Assembly: GCA_903862595.1 (NCBI GenBank)
Contig: CAIOYO010000092.1
Span: forward strand, 588-64,587
Direction of reading: 5' to 3'
Origin: an uncultured Opitutaceae bacterium
GTDB lineage: Bacteria > Verrucomicrobiota > Verrucomicrobiia > Opitutales > Opitutaceae
DNA: 64,000 bases
The translations under genes were made by a program, and so were the position numbers. This document shows positions 51,052-61,746 of the stretch, piece by piece (within the stretch, counting starts at the first letter, position 1; each line of letters begins with the position of its first letter). Under the pieces are notes generated by a model, which saw only the letters and a list, made by a program, of their open reading frames with translations, made no database searches and was not told the DNA's origin.

Positions 51052-51255
51052 TCAGCCAACCCAGGACGTGAACAGGTCGACGACCTGATACAGCGCGAAG
51101 TCGCTCACGCTGGTAAAGACCCCGAGCAGCACGGAGGCGACAATGACGACAATCGTCGAGTCGCGCAGTTCGGACTTCGTCGGCCACGTGGCCTTCTTCA
51201 GCTCATCGAGCATTTCCCCGAAGAAGATACGCGTGCTGCGGAAAGGGTTTTTCAT
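51052..51255 (-). CDS. secE: preprotein translocase subunit SecE
   Basis: Internal ATG at 51255. 67 aa: ELKKATWPTKSELRDSTIVVIVASVLLGVFTSVSDF (single TM). The upstream part of the track ORF is tRNA-Trp read as protein. Confidence 0.9.
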   Translation of the reverse strand: MKNPFRSTRIFFGEMLDELKKATWPTKSELRDSTIVVIVASVLLGVFTSVSDFALYQVVDLFTSWVG

Positions 51256-51265
51256 GGTGGGAAAG

Positions 51266-51341
51266 TGGCAGGGGCGGAGGGAATCGAACCCCCAACCAAC
51301 GGTTTTGGAGACCGCTACTCTACCGATTGAGCTACACCCCT
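51266..51341 (-). tRNA. tRNA-Trp (anticodon CCA), CCA-3' encoded
   Basis: Reverse strand AGGGGTGTAGCTCAATCGGTAGAGTAGCGGTCTCCAAAACCGTTGGTTGGGGGTTCGATTCCCTCCGCCCCTGCCA. 7-bp acceptor stem, anticodon loop CTCCAAA, T-loop GGTTCGATTCC. Classical tuf-tRNA(Trp)-secE position. Confidence 0.95.
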
Positions 51342-51423
51342 GTGGATCAGACTGTTTTTTAGACGACACAGCCGAGGCCCCGGTACGGGACCTCGGCGAA
51401 GGTGTCGAACCCGGTGTTTCGGA

Positions 51424-52614
<1,191 letters not shown>

Positions 52615-52707
52615 GGAGTGGAACGGTTTGGGTTGTTGGAAGTTTAACTGTTTTGACCTCGGGGTTTTACGTCGCGGAAGTCGTGCGACGTTTTCGAGTC
52701 ATTGACC

Positions 52708-52783
52708 TGGAGCCCAGAACCGGATTTGAACCGGCGACCTCGTCCTTACCAAGGACGTGCTCTGCCAACTGAGCTATCTGGGC
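52708..52783 (-). tRNA. tRNA-Thr (anticodon GGT), CCA-3' encoded
   Basis: Reverse strand GCCCAGATAGCTCAGTTGGCAGAGCACGTCCTTGGTAAGGACGAGGTCGCCGGTTCAAATCCGGTTCTGGGCTCCA. Cloverleaf stems pair correctly and the anticodon loop is TTGGTAA. Confidence 0.95.
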
Positions 52784-52802
52784 AGACCAAGAGACTGTGG
52801 GT

Positions 52803-52837
52803 CAAAAAACGAAAAGAGCGGGGAAATTGCTCCCCGC
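52803..52837 (-). terminator. rho-independent terminator downstream of the TonB-like gene
   Basis: 7-bp stem GCGGGGA/TCCCCGC (52818-52824 / 52831-52837) with a 6-nt loop, followed on the minus strand by TCTTTTCGTTTTTTG. Confidence 0.7.
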
Positions 52838-52891
52838 GAGAAGCACCGTCAACTGCAATCTTCGCGAATTCTCAAATTAGCTCCCATCACA

Positions 52892-53671
52892 TCACGGCCC
52901 AACCACCACGCGATAGAATCCTGGGGCAACGCGCTGACCTAAACGAAACTCTTTCTCAATAAACTGACGTAGGAAGCGGTCCCACTCGTCCGTACCCGAA
53001 CCGGTCATCACCGCCGCCTCCACCGAACCTGCTCGATCCACTCCAACCAGCATCTCAAGCGGTTGCCAATCTCCTTCGGGTGCCCCGCGCGAAAAGGGTA
53101 CCGACACCGCCAGCACGCGTCGACCCGTCGCTGTCTGCAACACATCCACAAAGCCCAGGCGCTCGGGCAAGGGCTCAATCGGGGTCTCGCGGCGACCAAC
53201 CGCGCCATAAGGGTTGCCCCGCTCCCCCACCCGCAGGGCGTCGGCGGGGGCCGTCGGCGTTGGCGTCGGCGCGAACCAGGCAGGCAGTTCCGCCGCAGGA
53301 TTCACCAATTTCGCCGCATAGTCTGGAAAGCGCCCCTCCGGACCGGTCGCCGGCGCGCTGGGCCCCACGTCCGCTCCGGCATTCCACGGGGTCGGCAGGA
53401 AAAGGGGCGTCGGATCGCGGAACACCGCTTCCTCCCGCGTCACCACGTCCGCGGACTTCTCATCGAGACGGGTGAGGCCGACCGAGTTGCGCGGAGCCGT
53501 CTCGGCCGGGCGTCGCGGGGCCGGCGGCTCCGGTGTGCGGACCAGCGCCGTCGCTCCAACGAACACCACGACCACCGCCACCGTGGTCCACAGCCAAGGA
53601 AACGCCGGCTCCACGCGGCGCCGCGACGCGGTACCGTTCGCTTGCGACTTGGCCTGCCCGGTCGGTTTCAT
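52892..53671 (-). CDS. hypothetical membrane-anchored, Pro-rich protein in the TonB/TolA position
   Basis: Internal ATG at 53671, 22 nt after the exbD stop. N-terminal TM anchor (WLWTTVAVVVVFVGATALV), Pro-rich spacer (PEPPAPRRPAETAP, PTPTPTAP), ~85-aa C-terminal globular domain. The functional call rests on architecture and gene order only. Confidence 0.45.
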   Translation of the reverse strand: MKPTGQAKSQANGTASRRRVEPAFPWLWTTVAVVVVFVGATALVRTPEPPAPRRPAETAPRNSVGLTRLDEKSADVVTREEAVFRDPTPLFLPTPWNAGADVGPSAPATGPEGRFPDYAAKLVNPAAELPAWFAPTPTPTAPADALRVGERGNPYGAVGRRETPIEPLPERLGFVDVLQTATGRRVLAVSVPFSRGAPEGDWQPLEMLVGVDRAGSVEAAVMTGSGTDEWDRFLRQFIEKEFRLGQRVAPGFYRVVVGP

Positions 53672-53693
53672 CGATTTCGTCCACTCACCGCGA

Positions 53694-54152
53694 TCACGGG
53701 CGGGGCGGCGCCGGTTCGGCCGCCAGTTGCACGGTGAATCCGGCCGCACTCGCGGCATCGAAGATCGCCGAAAAGTCATTCAGCGAAACCGCATCATCGG
53801 CCCGCACCAGGAGCCGGGCCGACCCGCCAGGGACGCTGCGCGCCTTCAGCCAACGCGCGAACTCCGCGAATGTGTACTTGCCGTCCTCGGTGAAGACGAG
53901 GTCCCGCCCCATCACGCTCACCACGAGCGCGACCGTGCCACCCAACTCCACCGCTCCGGGCACGGCCGGCAACCGGAGCGCTCGCGCCGCCCCCTGATTC
54001 TCCGAAATCACAATGCCCGGAGCGATCACGTGCTTCGATTGAAACAGGACAAAGAAAAGCGCGATCAGCCCAGCGTTGACCACGTGCAGCCAGTCCCACG
54101 GCGCGAAGGGTCGCCGCAGTCGAGAGGCAAGATCGAGGGGACGCGTCACCAT
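53694..54152 (-). CDS. exbD: biopolymer transport protein ExbD/TolR
   Basis: 152 aa. Single N-terminal TM (VVNAGLIALFFVLF) and a periplasmic ExbD-type domain (LLVRADDAVSLNDFSAIFDAASAAGF). Confidence 0.8.
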   Translation of the reverse strand: MVTRPLDLASRLRRPFAPWDWLHVVNAGLIALFFVLFQSKHVIAPGIVISENQGAARALRLPAVPGAVELGGTVALVVSVMGRDLVFTEDGKYTFAEFARWLKARSVPGGSARLLVRADDAVSLNDFSAIFDAASAAGFTVQLAAEPAPPRP

Positions 54153-54162
54153 CGCCAGGTCC

Positions 54163-54825
54163 TCAGCGCCCCTCGGGCTTGTCCGCCGCTCCGCCGTTTT
54201 CGACGCGGTACTCGCTCAGGAGGTAGCGCATGGTCTCGTTCGCCGCCCACTCGACGTCCCGCACCAACGAACGTACCCGGCCGGCCAGGAAGTGATACGC
54301 GAGATGCGCCGGGATGCCGACCATCAGGCTGCCGGCCGCGCAGATCAGCGCCTCCCACATCCCCGCGGCGATCGTCTGCGCGGGCACGTACTGGGGGCCG
54401 CCCATGAACACGCCGAAGGTCGAAATCATCCCCAACACGGTGCCTAGCACTCCCACCAGCGGCGCCACTTGGGCGATCGCGGCCAAGAGGCCCAGGCGAC
54501 GCTCCAGCACCGGCAATTCGATGAGCGCCGCCTCCTGAACCGCATACCGCAGCGAAACTTCGTCGCTCCCAGCCTTCAGGAGAGCGGCCTTCACGACCGC
54601 CGCCACCGGCCCCGGCGTCTCCTCGCAGACCGTCAGCGCCTCCACGAGACGGCGCTTCGCCAGGATGTTCTTCACGCCGTCGATGAACGCCGCCGAACGG
54701 ATCTGGCTGCGATGCAGGAAGAGCGTGCGCTCCACAAAGAGCACCGCGCCCACAATGGCCATCAGGAGGACCACGTACATCATGGGTCCGCCTTGAGTCA
54801 GGAGGGTGAAGTCAAAGCCGGTCAT
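54163..54825 (-). CDS. exbB: MotA/TolQ/ExbB proton-channel family protein
   Basis: Internal ATG at 54825. Three TM helices and the conserved C-terminal block LLAAIAQVAPLVGVLGTVLGMI..., EALICAAGSLMVGIPA. Confidence 0.85.
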   Translation of the reverse strand: MTGFDFTLLTQGGPMMYVVLLMAIVGAVLFVERTLFLHRSQIRSAAFIDGVKNILAKRRLVEALTVCEETPGPVAAVVKAALLKAGSDEVSLRYAVQEAALIELPVLERRLGLLAAIAQVAPLVGVLGTVLGMISTFGVFMGGPQYVPAQTIAAGMWEALICAAGSLMVGIPAHLAYHFLAGRVRSLVRDVEWAANETMRYLLSEYRVENGGAADKPEGR

Positions 54826-54940
54826 CGCAAGTGAGGGGTACGGTGCCACAGTGTTCCCTGAGTCGTTGGTCGAGCGGCGCCTGCGGGCAACCGACAAATC
54901 ATCCCCGCACCCCGGGGACACGCGATCGTCGCACCGGGTT

Positions 54941-57598
54941 TCATGGCTTTACCCCCAAACGCGTGAGACGCGCCTGCGCCAGCGATGCTCCCGGCAGCCC
55001 TTTGCGCAGGAGCAATTGGTACGCATCCGTCGCCTGATCGCGTCGGTCCTGCGATTCAAAGAGTTCACCCAGCCCCAAGAGCGTCCGCGAGAGCCAGTAC
55101 CGGCCGCGCGCGCTCAGCTTACTCTCCTGCGCCGAATCGAGCAGGAACGGGGTCACGACTTGCTGCCACCAGACGGTTTCCGCCCGTTTGCGTCCTTCCG
55201 CCCGACCCTTTCGGGAAAGGAGCAGTCCGAGGTTGTAACCGGCCTCCATCCGAATCTCGGGCGCCGCATCCGCCTGGTCGACCAGCCGCTCATAAATGCC
55301 CAAGGCGGTCTCAGCGTGCGCGGTCATCTGTCCGGATCCACCCGCCCCGGCCTGCGCCGCGTGGCAGGCCGCCCGGGCGAGGTGCGCGTACAGGACGTCC
55401 GGATGCTTCGGAAAGGCGTTGATCAGCTCCTCATACGCCTGCTGCGCAAAGGAGAATTCGTTTAGCCGGCGCAGCAGATCTCCCTGCTTGAGCCGCGCAT
55501 AGAAGACGAGGTCGCTCTTAGGGTACTCCTGGACGAGTCGCTCGATCAGGCGATTCGCATCGCGATAGAAAGCATCCTGCCCGCGGCGCTCCGCGTTCAA
55601 CGCGGCCTGATACAGCGCAAAGGGCGCGTAGGCGTGCCGGGCGAAGTCATCCGCCAGGCGCACCAAGAGGCTTTGCGCGTCCACGAAACGATTCTGGCCC
55701 GCGGCAAAGCTCGCCTCCTTGATGAAGGAATACACCGCCGCATCACTCTGCGGGAATTCCGTCCGCAGCCGGCGCAGCACATCGAGCCCGGCCTCCTCCC
55801 TCCCCGGAATCGCGAGGTAGGCATCGGCCTCCAGGAGGCGCGCGCTGCTGGCCAATTCCACGCGGAGGCGGGGTTCGACGTCCTGCAGCGAGGCCACGAG
55901 GCGCTCGACCAAGGTGAGTGTCCGCTCCGGGCGTCCCACGTCCAACGACAGGCGCGCGTGCAGCCACGCCATGCGCACGCGCAAGTCCGGGGTGAGCGGA
56001 GCCACGCCGACCGCTGCCGCCGCCGGAGGCTGCGCCAAGAGGCGCTCGATGCGCTCGAAGGCCCGCTGCGTCGTCTCCGGGCCCGCCACTTGCAGCGCCC
56101 GCGCCAGATTCCACTCTGCCTGCCACCGGTTCGCGGGATCCAAGCGAGGGTCCCGGCCCCCTTCATCCAGCAGGGTCTCCGCGATCGTCAGGCGCGCCGG
56201 GTCCGCCCGCGCCGCCTCCACTTCACACAGGACGCGCTGGAAGATCAGGTCGCCAACCGGAAATCCGTCCGGTGGCACCGCGATCGCCGCCGCATACGCA
56301 TCGGACGCCAATAGGTAATCGCCAGCCCGGAAGTAGGCCTCGGCCACCAACACGCCCAGCTCCGCCGCCAAACGGCCCTGATCTCCCCCGAGCGCGGCCC
56401 GGGTCTGAATCGCGTAATCCGCTGCCCGCCGATAACGCAGGGTCTCCCACGCCGCCCGCACGCGCACGCCGAGAGCCTGAGGTTTGAGTCGGGATCCGGG
56501 AAAGGTTTCCAGCAGTCGCACCGCATCGCGATCCGCGTCCGCGTACGCCTTCGCCGCCAACGCCAGCTCAGCGCGCTGCAGGAGGAGGTCTTCTAGGATC
56601 GGATGCGGCGTCGGCGCTTCGATGAGTCGATCCAGCTCCGCCCGGAACGCCGCGGGCGGCGCACCGCGCGCCAAGATCACCAGTGCCACGCGCTGCTTGT
56701 CGCGATCCGCCGATCCACTGAGCAACTGGCCGAGGGCGTTCCGCCCCACCGGATCCCCGGGTCCCGCGATCAAGCCAAGCAGCAAAAGCCACTGATCGGC
56801 CGTGCCGGACTGCTCCGGGGGGAGGGCCTGCAGCTGCCGGCGGAGGGTCTCCATCGCCTCGCCACGGCGGCCCAAACCGTTTAGGGCCAGCGCGAGCTGG
56901 CTGATGGCCTCGTAGGCCGCAGAGCGTCCCGGATTGCGCTCCAAGAAGGTTCGCAGGGTCGCCAGCTGCGCTTCGCTGAAGTCACCGGAAACCAACCGTG
57001 CCTCTTCCCGCGCGAGGATGAAACGGGCCCGTTGCAGCTCCGTGCCCGCCGCACCCAACGCCTGCTCATAGAACGCCGACGCCTTGGAAAATTCCCGCCC
57101 GGCATCAGCCAGCTGTCCCTGCACATAAAAATGCCAGCCCCGCTCCGCCGCCAGCAAGTCCGCCACCGGGGCCGCTCCAATCTCCACCCGCGCCACGTCC
57201 CACCGCCGCAGCCGCACCGCCGCCAGCGCCGCCCGGAGGCGGTACCGCGCATTCGGCAACCCGGCATACTGCCGCAACACGTCCTCGACGTCCGCCGCCT
57301 TCCCGTCATCCAGCAGCGCCGTCGCGAGGTCCAGCACCAGACGGTTGCGCCCCACCGTGTCCGCAGGGTCCGCCGACACCAACTGGGCGCGCAAGATCCC
57401 GGCCGCAATCGAGGGAAAACCGAACTCCAGCGCGCGCTGCGCCGCTTCCCGCGCGAGCATCCGCTCCGCTGCGGAGACAGGGGACGGTCCCACATCCACC
57501 ACCAGAGGCGGCGGCGGCAGGCTCACGCCCTGGGCCGCCAGGTTCGGACCAGCCAACACTCCCCACAGCGAAAGGACGCAGAGCAACGAGCGAAACAT
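54941..57598 (-). CDS. large secreted tetratricopeptide-repeat (TPR) protein
   Basis: ATG at 57598 gives a signal peptide (MFRSLLCVLSLWGVLAGPNLAAQG); the track start at 57658 is GTG. All-helical with repeated Ala/Leu/Tyr-spaced TPR-like units (for example YPKSDLVFYARLKQGDLL, FPKHPDVLYAHLARA). Confidence 0.75.
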   Translation of the reverse strand: MFRSLLCVLSLWGVLAGPNLAAQGVSLPPPPLVVDVGPSPVSAAERMLAREAAQRALEFGFPSIAAGILRAQLVSADPADTVGRNRLVLDLATALLDDGKAADVEDVLRQYAGLPNARYRLRAALAAVRLRRWDVARVEIGAAPVADLLAAERGWHFYVQGQLADAGREFSKASAFYEQALGAAGTELQRARFILAREEARLVSGDFSEAQLATLRTFLERNPGRSAAYEAISQLALALNGLGRRGEAMETLRRQLQALPPEQSGTADQWLLLLGLIAGPGDPVGRNALGQLLSGSADRDKQRVALVILARGAPPAAFRAELDRLIEAPTPHPILEDLLLQRAELALAAKAYADADRDAVRLLETFPGSRLKPQALGVRVRAAWETLRYRRAADYAIQTRAALGGDQGRLAAELGVLVAEAYFRAGDYLLASDAYAAAIAVPPDGFPVGDLIFQRVLCEVEAARADPARLTIAETLLDEGGRDPRLDPANRWQAEWNLARALQVAGPETTQRAFERIERLLAQPPAAAAVGVAPLTPDLRVRMAWLHARLSLDVGRPERTLTLVERLVASLQDVEPRLRVELASSARLLEADAYLAIPGREEAGLDVLRRLRTEFPQSDAAVYSFIKEASFAAGQNRFVDAQSLLVRLADDFARHAYAPFALYQAALNAERRGQDAFYRDANRLIERLVQEYPKSDLVFYARLKQGDLLRRLNEFSFAQQAYEELINAFPKHPDVLYAHLARAACHAAQAGAGGSGQMTAHAETALGIYERLVDQADAAPEIRMEAGYNLGLLLSRKGRAEGRKRAETVWWQQVVTPFLLDSAQESKLSARGRYWLSRTLLGLGELFESQDRRDQATDAYQLLLRKGLPGASLAQARLTRLGVKP

Positions 57599-57699
57599 CA
57601 CGACGATGCCCCCACCGTACGCCACCCCCGCCCCGAGGCAAGCCCGCCACTCGGCCACACTTGCCGACGGCCCAACCGCCTCCTACGTCTTTTGCCCAC

Positions 57700-58110
57700 A
57701 TGACGCTCTCGCCGCGCCAACAGGATCTGATCGACGGACTCCAGTTCATCGAGGACGCCCAGGAACGGCTCACCGCCGTCGTCGAACGCGCCCGCTCCTC
57801 GCCGCCGCTCGACGAGCGTTTCCGCACCGACGACTTCCGGGTCCACGGCTGCCAATCCCGGGTCTGGGTCACCCGCTCCGAGCTCGCTTCGGCCGTGTTT
57901 CGCGGCGACAGCGACTCGCCGCTGGTGCGGGCACTGGTGGTGCTGACCTGCGACTTCTTCAGCGATCCGGATCCGGCCGCGCTTGCGAGCCTGCGGGCCG
58001 ACGCCGATCCGGTCGCGCTGCTCGGGCTCGATTCCCACATCTCCGGCACGCGGCGCGCCGGACTCGCCGCCGTCCGGGCCCGTCTGCGCGAGCTCTCCGC
58101 CGCCTCCTGA
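57700..58110 (+). CDS. sufE: SufE-family sulfur-acceptor protein
   Basis: ATG at 57700. Conserved active-site context FRVHGCQSRVWV and overall SufE length (~136 aa). Confidence 0.8.
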   Translation: MTLSPRQQDLIDGLQFIEDAQERLTAVVERARSSPPLDERFRTDDFRVHGCQSRVWVTRSELASAVFRGDSDSPLVRALVVLTCDFFSDPDPAALASLRADADPVALLGLDSHISGTRRAGLAAVRARLRELSAAS

Positions 58111-58166
58111 GCCGCCGACCGGCTGGGAAGCCGTCCCCACCCCCAGCCTGCGCCGACCGCCCCGCC

Positions 58167-59008
58167 ATGCCGCTCGCCCCCGCTTTTCACGACGCCCACC
58201 TGCACTTGCAGGATCCGCGGCTGCAGGTCCATCTGCTGGAGCTGCTCGACGCTTTGCCTGCTCTTTGTATTCGTTCTGTAGTTACCAATGGCACGCATGC
58301 TGGCGACTGGCCGGCAGTCGCCGCCCTCGCTGGCGCGCAGCGGTGGATCCTCCCGAGTTTCGGGCTCCACCCGTGGTGGGTGGCCCAGCGTGAACCGGAC
58401 TGGGCGGACGTCCTGGAGCGGATGCTGCGGGCCCATCCCCGTGCCGCGGTGGGAGAGGTGGGGCTCGACCGCTGGATCTTGACGGCTGCAGCAGCGCGGC
58501 TGCCTGGGCCGCCGGCCTCGCTGACGGAGCAAGCGGAGGTGCTGCGGGTCCAGCTTTCACTCGCCGCCGCGCTCCATCGCCCCGTTACCCTCCACGGCCT
58601 GCGGATCTGGCCGGAACTGCTGGCCTTGCTGCGCGAGAGCCCACGTCTTCCACGGGGCTTCCTCGTCCACGCCTACTCAGGCCCGGACTCCCTCCTGCCC
58701 GCACTGCTGGATCTCGGCGCGCATTTTTCCTACAGCGCCAGCATCGGATTCCGGCTTGGCACCCGTGGCTCCGGAATCTTCGCCGGCCTGCCGGCCGACC
58801 GGATCCTCGTCGAGACGGACGCGCCAGCGATGCCGCTGCCCCGCGAGCGGCAGCAGTTCACCCTGCCCGCGGACGCAGGCGGCGAGGTCAATCACCCGGG
58901 CAATCTGCTCGTCGCCTACGCCGCGCTGGCGGCCGAGCGCGGGACCGACGTCCCAACGCTGGCCGCCACCGTGGCGGACAACCACGCGCGCCTGTTCGGC
59001 ACCGCGGG

Positions 59009-59012
<4 letters not shown>
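58167..59012 (+). CDS. tatD: TatD-family metal-dependent hydrolase/DNase
   Basis: Internal ATG at 58167 of track ORF 57345..59012. [37 protein letters not shown] motifs. Its stop (TAG 59010-59012) interlocks with the convergent clpB stop. Confidence 0.85.
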
Positions 59013-61594
<2,582 letters not shown>

Positions 61595-61746
61595 GATTAA
61601 ACTACCTCTGCAATCGGCGTTCCAACCCGCTCCCTAGAGCAGGGACGCCCGGCCGGGGGCAATCTGACCCTACCCTGCGCCAATTCGGCGGCCGGGCGCG
61701 CCGCAATTGGCACACTCCGGCCACGTGCCCGCCGCGTCGGCGAGGG

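Noticed and set aside
51052-51369. 105-aa ORF as an extended SecE
   Set aside because: The N-terminal 38 codons are tRNA-Trp (51266-51341) read as protein; the GWGFDSLRP-type peptide is a typical tRNA translation. SecE starts at ATG 51255.
51342-51423. Imperfect GC hairpin (GCCGAGGCCCC...GGGACCTCGGC) between tuf and tRNA-Trp, considered as a tuf terminator
   Set aside because: On the coding (minus) strand it is followed by an A-tract, not a U-tract, and tRNA-Trp/secE/nusG lie immediately downstream. It is more likely a processing or stability structure than a terminator, so it is not reported as a feature.
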